DNA of 64,000 nucleotides from an uncultured cyanobacterium (lineage in GTDB: Bacteria; Cyanobacteriota; Cyanobacteriia; Cyanobacteriales; Nostocaceae): NCBI GenBank assembly GCA_963740315.1, contig CAVUDP010000004.1, positions 864,001-928,000 on the forward strand, read 5' to 3'. The notes beneath the pieces are model-generated. The model was not told the origin of the DNA. It searched no databases and saw only the letters and a program-made list of their open reading frames with translations. The position numbers and the translations under genes were made by a program. Position 1 is the stretch's first letter. Every line of letters begins with the position of its first letter. Shown in pieces: positions 52,487-63,284 of the stretch.

Positions 52487-53415
52487 AATTAGTAAAATAA
52501 TATATCAAGGTTAAATTTTGTTTTTTTAAGCAATTTCATTTATACTGAAGCTTAACTTTACTTGCAGTTATTACTCTACCGAAAAACTACGGAAAAGTTT
52601 AATTTTTGGTTGAATAGTTAATTTTAATATTACAAGTTCATCGACATAAAGACTTAAGTAAATTAACGTAAATTGAATTATGTCGAATATAATATTTTAT
52701 ATACCTTTTCGAGAATCATCTATTGCAGGAAAATGCGATAGAGATATAGCAATCCTAAACAATTTGTCAAAAATGACGTTTATTAAAATCTAAAATAGTA
52801 GTGTTCGCATTTTGTTCGATAATGCCAGCAAGCAAGATGCGATCGCTACTTATAATTTTATAAATCGTTTACTCCTGTCTCGCTCCTGGCGATTACCTAT
52901 AAAATTTCTCCCCCTCTTCCCCCTCACTCAACGCCGGTAATCATAAAGCCGGGAAGGGAGTAATAGGGCGATCGCTAAATTTATCTAAATTATTCTCAAT
53001 AGCAATTGATTCGGCGAAGAGTAATTTAAAGTATGAATTATCAATAATACCGTCTGTGCATTGTTTAGCAATTCTTAAAAAGAAATACTATAGATTTATT
53101 TATTTAACTTTTGCCATATAAAAGATTTTTAATTCAACTTCAATACAATTTGAAAAACCCCCTTTTAAAGGGGGCTTAGGAAAATCTACCGCGTGAAGTA
53201 TGTTATTTACTTATCCTACAACCGTTTTACTTGGTCTTTTCTCAACCTTGTACATAACTCTAATCGAAGTCATGTGACAATACCGTGACACAAGTTATAC
53301 TGCTTAAATAACTGCTTAAATGAAAAATTACCTTAATAATAAAAAAATACTATTTATAATTTATTTATAATATTTATGGGGAAAAGGTTCCCCCATGAAT
53401 CTACATCTACTCTCT

Positions 53416-53739
53416 TCAATACGCATCTTCAACTTCCAATTGAGCCACAGTCACGGCATTAAATGCAAACGCTGCAACCATTGGTATCGGACATCTCAAC
53501 CAATAAGTAACACCTGCGGCGATCATTGTGGCAATTACTGCTGCGATCGACCAAATGCGTTCTTCGCAAGTCAAACCTTTTTCTGCTTTAATTGTTCTAA
53601 GAACTTTTGTTGGAATTGGCTCTGGCATTACCGCACCTGGAGGAAAAGCCCAGAAGTTATTACAGCGCTCTATATATAGATCCGTCCAACCATTATCTTG
53701 GCACCATTGGTTAATCCATTCATCGTTGTAATGTCTCAT
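53416..53739 (-). CDS. small conserved membrane protein
   Basis: WCQDNGWTDL, WAFPPGAVMPEPIP, two C-terminal TM helices; ATG 53739 preferred. Confidence 0.72.
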   Translation of the reverse strand: MRHYNDEWINQWCQDNGWTDLYIERCNNFWAFPPGAVMPEPIPTKVLRTIKAEKGLTCEERIWSIAAVIATMIAAGVTYWLRCPIPMVAAFAFNAVTVAQLEVEDAY

Positions 53740-54274
53740 CGGATTGGTAACAAGTCGATTTAAGTTGTTTAACATAATTTTCCAAATAAGAATAAATAGA
53801 AATTTCTCGATTAATACTCATAGTTAACAATTCTCTCTACCGAAAATTTGTAACTATGAAATGTGAAGCTTTGTTAAATAGATATTAGGCTTTCACTAAT
53901 TACAAGATTAACAGTACTCCCGATATTCTTTCGTTAAATGATAATAAACTTTATCTATCTGCTTGAAAGTAAATTTTTCTAAACTATTGCTAAAGGCGAT
54001 CGGCTATTTATTTAAACAAATGTAAAGTTTTTTAGCAATATGAATCAGTTCTCATTAAAACAAGCAGCATTTAATAATTCAAAGCGATTAGAAAACCCTG
54101 TTTGTTAAGAATTATATGGCTCTGCTGAGCTTGCGCCTTCCAGAAATCAAAACGGATTACTTCTTGACTTAATTTTTGTAGCGATAGATGAGGTAAGCTT
54201 AATTTCAGGATGGGATTTTCTGGTGAAATACAGGTAGCAGATTTAACTAATGTAATGGTACTAGTAAACTTAAC

Positions 54275-55489
54275 GTGCAAATGAAACGTGTTGGTGTAAT
54301 TGGTGGCGGACAATTAGCATTAATGATGGGTGCTGCGGCGAAAAAGTTAGGAGTAGAATTAATTGTGCAAACTCCTAGCGATCGCGATCCTGCTGTTGGT
54401 ATTGCTGCCGATAGTATTTTTGCGGCGGTTGACGATGCTACTGCCACAACTGAATTAGCTGCAAAATGCGATGTTATAACTTTTGAAAATGAGTTTGTCG
54501 ATCTAAAAGCTTTATCTCAAGTTGCTTCAAAAGGCGTTCGTTTTCGTCCTCGAATCGAGGCGCTATTTCCTCTTTTAGATAAATATCATCAACGCTGTTT
54601 TTTACGCGATTTAGGTATACCTGTTCCTAAATTTATCTTGCCTGAATCATTATTCGCCGTTTCATCTGGGAAAGAGCAATATACGAAATCCGATCGTCGG
54701 GATGATTTTGAATTAAGCTTTCCGTGCGTATTAAAAGCTCGTCGTCACGGTTATGATGGTCAAGGTACTTTTATCATCAAAGATTTAATTACTTTGGAGC
54801 AAAAGCTGCGTTTGGAAGAACAGGATAAAAATCAAGAAAATCAAAATAATAATTTAATTGAAGGACATTTTTTATTAGAAGAATTTATACCTTTTGAAAA
54901 AGAATTATCCGTAATTGCAGCACGTTCGGCAAGTGGTGAAATTTCTCAATTTACAGTAGTAGAAACCCAACAAGAACAACAAGTTTGTCGGCGAGTTATT
55001 GCACCTGCACACATCAATCCCCAGATAGATAAAATTATTCAGGATATTGCTTGTACTATATTAAATAGTTTGCAAGTTGTAGGGATTTTTGCCATTGAAC
55101 TTTTCTTGAGTGATGGTGTTCAAGTATTAGTCAATGAAATTGCACCGCGAACTCATAATTCCGGACATTTTTCTATTGATGCCTGCTTTACTTCGCAATT
55201 CGAGCAGCACTTAAGGGCAGTATGCGATTTACCTTTAGGCAACGTGGCGATGAAAAATGCTTGTGCTATTATGGTAAATTTATTAGGTTATGAAACACGA
55301 GTAAGCAACTATATCGATAAGCGCTCTTTACTAGCAAAAATTCCTGGAGCGCACCTCCATTGGTACAATAAATCAGAATCTCGTCCTGGGCGTAAACTCG
55401 GACACATTACGGTTTTATTTGATGAATTAAATCGTGATGAAGCGATGACAATTGCTCGAAATATCGAGGATGTATGGTATTCTCAATAA
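54275..55489 (+). CDS. purK: N5-carboxyaminoimidazole ribonucleotide synthase
   Basis: GGGQLA, TFENE, GYDGQG, NEIAPRTHNSGH, SQFEQHLRA, RPGRKLGH. Confidence 0.97.
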   Translation: MQMKRVGVIGGGQLALMMGAAAKKLGVELIVQTPSDRDPAVGIAADSIFAAVDDATATTELAAKCDVITFENEFVDLKALSQVASKGVRFRPRIEALFPLLDKYHQRCFLRDLGIPVPKFILPESLFAVSSGKEQYTKSDRRDDFELSFPCVLKARRHGYDGQGTFIIKDLITLEQKLRLEEQDKNQENQNNNLIEGHFLLEEFIPFEKELSVIAARSASGEISQFTVVETQQEQQVCRRVIAPAHINPQIDKIIQDIACTILNSLQVVGIFAIELFLSDGVQVLVNEIAPRTHNSGHFSIDACFTSQFEQHLRAVCDLPLGNVAMKNACAIMVNLLGYETRVSNYIDKRSLLAKIPGAHLHWYNKSESRPGRKLGHITVLFDELNRDEAMTIARNIEDVWYSQ

Positions 55490-55566
55490 ATTAAAAAGAA
55501 AATAAAAAAGAATGCTATAAAAATTATTTATTACACAACATCATTTTTGAAAGTTATAATAGGTTT

Positions 55567-55747
55567 GTTGCACTGCGACGTTGGTGACTGCCAAACAGTT
55601 TTGTGATCTATGATTTTTATGATATGGGAACTTAACAGTTTCGTGGCAGTAAACCGGGCTTGCACCCGGAAACTTTAAACGAGATAAATTAGTTCCCCCC
55701 TGGTTAAACCAGGTCATAAACTAAGGTAAAACGGCGTTGCGGTGAAC
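55567..55747 (+). ncRNA. ssaA: 6S RNA
   Basis: About 180 nt; ends cactgcgacg (55571) and cgttgcggtg (55735-55744) pair; TATAAT at 55555-55560; terminator follows; position downstream of purK is the known cyanobacterial 6S synteny. Confidence 0.88.
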
Positions 55748-55750
55748 TTA

Positions 55751-55800
55751 AAAAATAAAGCCTCTCAAGTCACTTTTCGGTTTGAGGGCTTTATTTTTTT
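55751..55800 (+). terminator. rho-independent terminator of the 6S RNA
   Basis: aaagcctctcaag...tttgagggcttt followed by a T run. Confidence 0.75.
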
Positions 55801-56073
55801 GATGATTTTTTACATATTAATTAAAAAAGTTATTTAGCACGCAACAAATATGACCACAATACTGATGAAAGCATCAACTTTTACAATAAAAATGTCATAT
55901 TTACCATGTTGATATTGTGCGTATTTTATTTATAATTTAGTTTTCATATAATTAGAGAAAAAACAGTATCAGAAATATCTAAATTTTTCAAAGTTTGTTG
56001 AATAATAAATTAAATTTAATGCAAATAAAAGCTGATAGAATTATTTAATATTCTTATACCAATAAATAGTACC

Positions 56074-57318
56074 GTGTTTCCAGCCTCAGTCTTCAAAATA
56101 GACAACGGGTTAACTTTGATTCATCAAGAAATATCTACCACTCCCGTAGTTGTGGCGGATATTTGGGTTCGTGCGGGTGCCACTCTAGAACCAGAATCTT
56201 GGTGTGGAATGGCTCACTTTTTAGAACATATGATTTTCAAAGGTACCAAGACATTAAAGGCAGGAGTATTCGATCGAACAATTGAAAGTAAAGGTGGAGT
56301 AAGTAATGCTGCTACTAGTTACGATTACGCTCATTATTCGCTAACAACAGCTTCTACTTATCTTGAAGAGACTTTACCTTTAATGGGTGAATTATTGCTG
56401 AATGCAGCCATACCCGAAGAAGAATTCAACAGCGAGCGCAATGTAGTATTAGAAGAAATTCGTCAAGCATCCGATAATCCCGATTGGATCGGTTTTCAAG
56501 CCCTTTATAAAAACATTTATCAGCAACATCCTTATGGACGTTCGGTTTTAGGAAGCGAAGAAAACATTGCCTCTCACAAAGTACAGCAACTCCGTACCTT
56601 CCATCGCGCTCACTATCAACCCTCGAATATGACAGTAGCGATCGCCGGAGGGATTAATTCATCGAAAGCCTTGGAATTAGTCAATCAGGCTTTTAATCAA
56701 TTTGCCCCACCCCCTACAGATTTTCCTTTTACAAAGAAAGCTACAAAACCAAAAATATCTGGAATTCGTCGTCAATCCATCCAATTACCCAGAATCCAAC
56801 AAGCTCGTTTAATGATGGCATGGGTAGCACCAGGAGTAGAAAAACTTCGCGTCGGTTATGCTTTAGATTTACTTTCGGTAATTTTAGCAGGAGGACGAAC
56901 TTCGCGATTAGTACGCGATTTGCGAGAAGAGCAGCAATTAGTAAGCGGCATTTACAGTAGTTTTTCACTACAAGAACAATCCAGTTTATTCACTATCAAT
57001 GCTTGGTTAGAATCGGAACAATTAGAGCGCGTAGAAGCATTAATTCGACTTCACTTACAAGAAATTAACTGGGAAATTAACGAGCAAGAACTTACCCGCG
57101 CCAAGCGTATATTATGTAATGATTATGCTTTTTCAACAGAAACGCCAAATCAATTAGCGGGACTTTATGGATACTACAACACAATTGCAACAGCCGATCT
57201 ATCAGTAACTTATCCCCAACAAATTCAATCTTTTGACGTTAAAGAACTGCAAAATATTGCATCTAAATATCTTTCAGTCGATAATTACGCGGTAACAGTA
57301 ATTAAACCCTCTTGGTAG
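56074..57318 (+). CDS. M16B zinc peptidase, catalytic subunit
   Basis: GMAHFLEHMIFKGT (HxxEH), NAATS, ERNVVLEE, SRL...LRE. Confidence 0.93.
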   Translation: MFPASVFKIDNGLTLIHQEISTTPVVVADIWVRAGATLEPESWCGMAHFLEHMIFKGTKTLKAGVFDRTIESKGGVSNAATSYDYAHYSLTTASTYLEETLPLMGELLLNAAIPEEEFNSERNVVLEEIRQASDNPDWIGFQALYKNIYQQHPYGRSVLGSEENIASHKVQQLRTFHRAHYQPSNMTVAIAGGINSSKALELVNQAFNQFAPPPTDFPFTKKATKPKISGIRRQSIQLPRIQQARLMMAWVAPGVEKLRVGYALDLLSVILAGGRTSRLVRDLREEQQLVSGIYSSFSLQEQSSLFTINAWLESEQLERVEALIRLHLQEINWEINEQELTRAKRILCNDYAFSTETPNQLAGLYGYYNTIATADLSVTYPQQIQSFDVKELQNIASKYLSVDNYAVTVIKPSW

Positions 57319-57507
57319 GAGATGGGGAGATGGGGGAAGAGGGGGAAGATGGGGAGTACTTCGACAAGTCTTACAGTGAGCTACGTCGAACTGCTCAGTA
57401 ACCTTTGGGGAGATGGGGGGATGGGGAGAAATCTAAAATCCCCAAATTATAAAACTATTATTTAAAATCTAAAATCCAAAATCTAAAATCCAAAATCCAA
57501 AATCTAA

Positions 57508-58779
57508 ATGACAACCTTGCCAAAATTATCGAATTTCCATCGTACTGAATTAAAGAATGGCATAGTAGTGCTAGTTACGGAAAATTTGACTGCTGATATT
57601 ATCGCGACTCGAATATTTATCCGTGCTGGAAGCTGTTATGAAAAGTCAGAAAAAGCGGGGTTGGCGAATTTACTCGGTGCCGTGCTAACTAAAGGATGTG
57701 ACGGACTTTCAAGCTTAGAAATTGCCGAACGTGTGGAGTCTATTGGGGCGAGTTTGAGTGCCGATACTGCAACAGATTACTTTGTTTTTTCCTTGAAAAC
57801 CGTTACAGCAGATTTTACTAAAATGTTGGAATTGGCGACAAGAATATTGCGATCGCCAACTTTTCCAGAAGCTGAGGTGGAGATGGAAAAGCGGATTGCC
57901 CTGCAAGATGTGCGCTTGCAAAAGGAACAGCCTTTTAACGTTGCATTTGAGCAATTACGGCAAGTTATGTACAAAAATCATCCTTATGCATCGTCGGGAT
58001 TGGGGGATGAAACAACTATTGCTGGTTTGACTCGTGAGGATTTAGTCGAGCATTATCAAACTTATTTTCGTCCAGATAATATAGTTATTAGTATTGCAGG
58101 TCGTATTTCATCTCAAGATGCAGCGCAACAGGTAGAAAAACTTTTTGGCGATTGGCACACTTCTGTAGATAAGCCGCCAGCTATGAGCGTGTCATTTCCT
58201 CAAACAAAACCCCAACAAGTACTTACCCCCCAAGCAACACAGCAATCGGTAATTATGTTGGGTTATTTGGGTGCTTCCGTGCATTCTCCCGACTACGCAG
58301 CTTTAAAATTACTGGCTACCTATTTAGGAAACGGGCTTTCCAGTCGTTTATTTGTGGAATTACGCGAAAAACTCGGCTTAGCTTACGATGTGTCCGCATT
58401 TTACCCTACAAGACAATTTTGCAGTTCCTTTGTAGTCTATATGGGTACCGCAGCAGAAAATACTACCATAGCTTTAGAAGGATTACGAAAAGAAGTTGAT
58501 TTGCTTTCTAGTAGTAAGCTAGAAGAAAGCGCCTTACAAGTTGCGAAAAACAAAATTCTGGGACAATATGCCTTGGGCAAACAAACCAACGGACAGATTG
58601 CTCAGATATACGGTTGGTATGAAATTTTAGGTTTAGGCACTGCCTTCGATCGAAAATTTCAACAAGATATCGCAGCTTTAACCAGTGCAGACACTATAAA
58701 GGCAGCTTCCGAATATTTAAAGGAACCATTTGTGTCTGTAATCGGTCAAGAAGAAGCTATTAACCGTGTAATTGCGTAG
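57508..58779 (+). CDS. M16B peptidase partner subunit (no HxxEH)
   Basis: GLANLL replaces the zinc motif; SSRLFVELREKLGLAY. Confidence 0.9.
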   Translation: MTTLPKLSNFHRTELKNGIVVLVTENLTADIIATRIFIRAGSCYEKSEKAGLANLLGAVLTKGCDGLSSLEIAERVESIGASLSADTATDYFVFSLKTVTADFTKMLELATRILRSPTFPEAEVEMEKRIALQDVRLQKEQPFNVAFEQLRQVMYKNHPYASSGLGDETTIAGLTREDLVEHYQTYFRPDNIVISIAGRISSQDAAQQVEKLFGDWHTSVDKPPAMSVSFPQTKPQQVLTPQATQQSVIMLGYLGASVHSPDYAALKLLATYLGNGLSSRLFVELREKLGLAYDVSAFYPTRQFCSSFVVYMGTAAENTTIALEGLRKEVDLLSSSKLEESALQVAKNKILGQYALGKQTNGQIAQIYGWYEILGLGTAFDRKFQQDIAALTSADTIKAASEYLKEPFVSVIGQEEAINRVIA

Positions 58780-58916
58780 CGGCAGTCTAGGCATTTACTT
58801 AGCATAAATTGCTTACTATTTGTAGCTTTTTTAAGCATTTACACTGCTGTTACGATTTAAATTTATACTGGTTAATAGATAGTGTAATTGTAAGAGATTT
58901 GCCGGGGGCACAAACC

Positions 58917-59897
58917 ATGATAGGTACAAGAAAACTAAGTATTGTTGAGTACTTACGCTCGCTCGTATCTTTTCGTTTCCTTCCGAAAAGTAGGTTTTAT
59001 TGGTTACTTCTAGTTTCCTCAACTCCTCTGTTATTTGGTTCCTCTATTGGAGTATCAATTGCAGCACCGCAACAAAAGATTGCTCAGGTAGTTGTAGAAG
59101 CTAACATGAACCGTCCTACCCTTAAATTAGGTAGCAAGGGAGTACCTGTAAGAGAATTACAAGGCGCTCTAAAACTTTTAGGATTTTATGGAGGTGAAGT
59201 CAATGGTGTTTTCACCGAAGCAACTAAAAAAGCAGTTTCGGGTTTTCAGCAAGCAGCAGGTTTGAAAGCTGATGGGGTTGCAGATACGAATACTTGGCAA
59301 ACCCTTTTTCCCAATAACATAGCTGTATCGGAATCGACAAAAGTAACTAGCACTCCTACACCACCTCCTTCTATTGATAGCTTCCCCATGCCCACAGAGT
59401 CATTCGGCAGCGTTAGGGTGGTGAATAATTCTACACAGCAACAAAGAACATTAACAACTGCCGCAAATAGTCCATTTAGGATTGTTACGCCTTCACCAGA
59501 GCCACAACCAGCAACGCCACCTAGAAATCCCAAACCGACATCAGTAAAACCAAAACCTCGTAATACTACCACGCGGCAGAAACCCGAACAAAGACAAGCT
59601 GCGACTACACGCACTCGTCAAACCACACGTACTCGTCAAACCAGCACAACTACTCAGAAAAAAACTCCCGCAATTCAATATACCGCCCAAGGATTACCGA
59701 TTTTGCGTTTGGGAATGCGAGGTTCTCAAGTAGTCAAAGTACAGGAAAAGTTATCCAACTTAGGATTTCTTAAAAGTGTTGATGGAGATTTTGGCCCCGT
59801 AACAGTAGAAGCAGTAAAAGCCTTTCAAAAGCGCAACGGTTTAGAACCCGATGGTGTTGTTGGAGGAGCTACTTGGCAACTTTTAGATAAACGTTAA
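58917..59897 (+). CDS. peptidoglycan-binding domain protein (two PG_binding_1 domains, P/T-rich linker)
   Basis: LKLGSKG..V..LQ..L..LGF...FQ...GL.ADG and LRLGMRG...FQKRNGLEPDGVVG. Confidence 0.88.
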   Translation: MIGTRKLSIVEYLRSLVSFRFLPKSRFYWLLLVSSTPLLFGSSIGVSIAAPQQKIAQVVVEANMNRPTLKLGSKGVPVRELQGALKLLGFYGGEVNGVFTEATKKAVSGFQQAAGLKADGVADTNTWQTLFPNNIAVSESTKVTSTPTPPPSIDSFPMPTESFGSVRVVNNSTQQQRTLTTAANSPFRIVTPSPEPQPATPPRNPKPTSVKPKPRNTTTRQKPEQRQAATTRTRQTTRTRQTSTTTQKKTPAIQYTAQGLPILRLGMRGSQVVKVQEKLSNLGFLKSVDGDFGPVTVEAVKAFQKRNGLEPDGVVGGATWQLLDKR

Positions 59898-59996
59898 TTG
59901 TTTGGTGAATTAATTTAATATCAGATTTTTTTAGGGTGCGTTATCGCCGTCATGGTAACGCACCATTATTGTTTTTGATATCAAGTTTGGTAAGTG

Positions 59997-60028
59997 GCGA
60001 TCTGCTTGCAGCAGCGCTTCGCTATCGC
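59997..60028. repeat. SDR5-like small element inserted in a HIP1 site
   Basis: GCGA-tctgcttgcagcagcgcttcgcta-TCGC equals HIP1 plus 24 nt; a related degenerate element lies at 556-585. Confidence 0.65.
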
Positions 60029-60327
60029 AATTAATTCACAACTTGCACCATCAAAAGGCTTCGTTTTTACCTACCTGGGACTGCAAGTCCCAAGCTAATA
60101 GCATAAGTCCATTAAAATGGACTAAAAATATCGCGAGATTCAATTGGCAATATTTTTAATTATAAAATTTTAACTACAATAAAAAATTTACATAGTCGTC
60201 TTCAGCCGACTTTCGCTAATTGGTTCCTCTTAATTGCATTCCCTGGTGGGTGTTGTGCAAAAAACTCAAACCTGAGAAAAGCTACCACTGGGGAATTTTA
60301 TCAAGTTTGGTTAATTACTTATAAAAC

Positions 60328-60411
60328 GTCATTGCGAGCGGAGCGATAGCGTAGCGAAGCAATCGCAGGGTTTGGGATTGCCACGCTCCACTCCGTTACG
60401 CTCGCAATGAC
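60328..60411. repeat. GTCATTGCGAG...CTCGCAATGAC palindromic REP-like element
   Basis: 13-bp terminal inverted repeat gtcattgcgagcg/cgctcgcaatgac with an internal gcaatc/gattgc stem. Confidence 0.8.
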
Positions 60412-60707
60412 AAGTATGTAAGCTTACAAAATATAAGAAATAAAACATCACCAGGACAAATGCGGCTTCCTTGGGATGTAGTGAAGGTTGTAGATTCCGC
60501 AAGTGAGCAAGGTAGCCGAAAAATTCGTGATGGCTAATTGTTACGATCCTAAAATCGCGATGCAGTTTTTCAATGATGCTTAAGTAATTCAGTCAGAAGT
60601 TTACCTTTGACCTTTAACATGCAGACCTTTGACCTTTGTTGGAGCCTATGTTTTCGTAAAAAATCTTCTATTTACAAATTTTAATAAAGAACTGGAACGC
60701 CTATATG

Positions 60708-63203
60708 TTAAAACTCGCAAGCCGCAACGCGAGAAAAGAGAATAAGTGGAAATTTGAAATTTATGACCGGATTTTGATATATCCTTTTACTCTGAACTCT
60801 TCTGCATTGTAAATACTTATTTTCTTGGTTAAATAGTTGATTATTATAAAACGGTAGTATTCCTCTAGGCGATAAAAAACCCTTATTCACTTTGTTGATC
60901 ACGTCTTTATAGTTAAGTAAATTGAAATTGCTAGAACTATCATGCCACCCTAGTCTAGTCTCAAATCTGAGGTATTTTTCATAATCTTTCTCACTCCAAT
61001 TAATGTTTAACTGATTTCCGCCTATATCTTTCCAAATTTGCGCTTGCACGCTGAAACCAAAGTTTCCATTAGAATTATCAACCCAAAGGCGATCTATTTC
61101 TTTTAAGTCAATACAGGGAAATATTTCAATATCTTCGATATTTAGATATTTTTTTTCTCTATCAGCAATGAAGAGCATGATCTGAGAGGTTTTTCTATCA
61201 GCTTCTTCCCATTCTTTGTTAGCAAGTAAGTTGTTAAGTTCATCTAAATAGTGTTCTTTTAAAGATTCCTTAACTTCATTCTTGTGATTTTTCTCTTCTT
61301 GTTTTGATAGTAAATTTATAAATTCCCGATGAAATGCTTCTAAATATTGCTTGGATAAAATTTTGATTGGCAGATTTTGGAATGGAGGACTGATACGATC
61401 AACTGTTCTGTTTCCTCTTTTAGCTTTATTTTTGATAAAATTAAGAATCTCGTAAGCCTTTTTATATGAATTTATTTCTTGTGTAAGATTACCTTGCTCT
61501 TTAAATAAATTTGCTTCTATTTTAAGAGTAAATATACTAATTTGTAAGACTACATTATCACTGTTATTTTGCAAATAATGGAATTCTTTTTGACTCTCTT
61601 TGAGATACTTTTGTGCTTGTTTTAAATCCTTAGATTTAAGCATTTGATAAGCATAAGATATGCCAGCATTAAGAATTGCCAGTCTAAGTTTATAGTCTTG
61701 GATATTGAAAGACTGACCTGCAAGTAAAAATAATTCTTCAGCTTCAGAATTAGAACCTTCATTTTTGAGCTTTATAGCCATTAAGCTAAGCTTTTCAACT
61801 ATCTCCAGGAGTTCTTGAATGTCTTTTAATTGTTTTTCAACTTTCTGCTTTGTTTCACTTAATACCAGATTTATCTTTTCTGCTGCTTCTTTATCCTTCC
61901 TCTCCCTCTCCAACTTTGCTGCTTGTTCATCAGCAGCAATTTTCCCCTGAATTTGCTTTGCCCTACTAGCAGCTAAAAACTGTTTATCTTGATAACTTAA
62001 ATTCTTATCTTTCTCCCATTCCTCAGCATCTGCTAAAGCCTTACCTCGCAACAGTCGAGATTCATCTTTACCTTTAGAAGCAACCCAAAATTTAAAACTT
62101 TCGGAATAGGGACGCAAATTCTTTAATTCATTTTCAACCCAATTTCCGCTAAAAACTTGTTTATATATAAGGTTATAAACTCTTAATTTATCTTCTCGTC
62201 TTGCAACTAATCCCGAAAGCAGTAATTCGCTTTGTTCTAAAGTATTATCTGCTGTAATCTCAGATTCTACTTCTGAATGTCTAACTTGCTGATATAAATC
62301 CAACAAATACCCAGCACGTTCTTCATTTCTTAAAATCTTGGCTCGAATGGTGCGTAAGTGTTCGGGTTCATCTTGAGATTCCCAACTTTCAATAATCTTT
62401 GATTTAACAACTTCCTCAACAGTGCGCGGATTTTCTTTTTCAGATTCTTCCACCATAAACTGACATAACTTTTGCGTCAGAAACGGTTGTCCTTTCGTCC
62501 AATCTAATATTTCCTTAATTACCGCTTGGGGTTCATTAAATTTTCCCTTCAAACCCTTTTCTAACGGTTCAACTTCGTGTATTTGAAACCCCTTAAGAGA
62601 AATTGCTTTACCAATATTAAACGGAGTACGTTGTTTATCTTGAATTAAATTGCTGGGTGAAGCGACTCCCAACAAACAAAATGTTAAGCGGTTATATGCG
62701 GGATTATCAACACGCTGGTTATAACAAGAACGAATAAAAGCGAAAAAGTCATCCGTAGGAAAATTTAAACTGAGAACGCTATCAATTTCGTCAATAAAAA
62801 TAACAATATTTTCTTTAACTTCAACAAGTAATATTTCTTCGAGAAACTTACGAAATCTTGTCACCAGAGAATTTAATTGATTTGCTCCCCACCACTCCTC
62901 AAAATCAACATCCAAATCAAAAATATCAATCAACGAATCAATCAAATCCGCATACCATTGCTCTGGTGGGACATTTTGAATACCACCCGCAGAAAGATCG
63001 ATCGCAGCACATTCGACACCATTTTCTCTTAAACGGCGCATTGTTCGCACTCGTAAGCTGGATTTACCACTTTGACGGGAATTCAACACATAACAAAACT
63101 TTCCCGATCGCAATCCATCATACAAATCGCGATCGGCATCTCGCGTTACATAAGTGCTGGCATTTTCTGGTAGACTTCCAGAGAAAATATATTGGTCAAC
63201 CAT
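60708..63203 (-). CDS. AAA-like (AAA_35/STAND-type) NTPase with helical middle region and C-terminal GUN4-like domain
   Basis: YVTRDAD, SRQSGKSSL, IFIDEID, WTKGQPFLTQ; WEEADRKT...IDRLW...SNGNFGFSVQ. Confidence 0.88.
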   Translation of the reverse strand: MVDQYIFSGSLPENASTYVTRDADRDLYDGLRSGKFCYVLNSRQSGKSSLRVRTMRRLRENGVECAAIDLSAGGIQNVPPEQWYADLIDSLIDIFDLDVDFEEWWGANQLNSLVTRFRKFLEEILLVEVKENIVIFIDEIDSVLSLNFPTDDFFAFIRSCYNQRVDNPAYNRLTFCLLGVASPSNLIQDKQRTPFNIGKAISLKGFQIHEVEPLEKGLKGKFNEPQAVIKEILDWTKGQPFLTQKLCQFMVEESEKENPRTVEEVVKSKIIESWESQDEPEHLRTIRAKILRNEERAGYLLDLYQQVRHSEVESEITADNTLEQSELLLSGLVARREDKLRVYNLIYKQVFSGNWVENELKNLRPYSESFKFWVASKGKDESRLLRGKALADAEEWEKDKNLSYQDKQFLAASRAKQIQGKIAADEQAAKLERERKDKEAAEKINLVLSETKQKVEKQLKDIQELLEIVEKLSLMAIKLKNEGSNSEAEELFLLAGQSFNIQDYKLRLAILNAGISYAYQMLKSKDLKQAQKYLKESQKEFHYLQNNSDNVVLQISIFTLKIEANLFKEQGNLTQEINSYKKAYEILNFIKNKAKRGNRTVDRISPPFQNLPIKILSKQYLEAFHREFINLLSKQEEKNHKNEVKESLKEHYLDELNNLLANKEWEEADRKTSQIMLFIADREKKYLNIEDIEIFPCIDLKEIDRLWVDNSNGNFGFSVQAQIWKDIGGNQLNINWSEKDYEKYLRFETRLGWHDSSSNFNLLNYKDVINKVNKGFLSPRGILPFYNNQLFNQENKYLQCRRVQSKRIYQNPVINFKFPLILFSRVAACEF

Positions 63204-63284
63204 AATTTATAACCAATTCCAAAAAACTCAGCGTACCTCCGCGTTACCTTTGCGCTCCTCTGCGTTAAAACATAAAATTTGATA

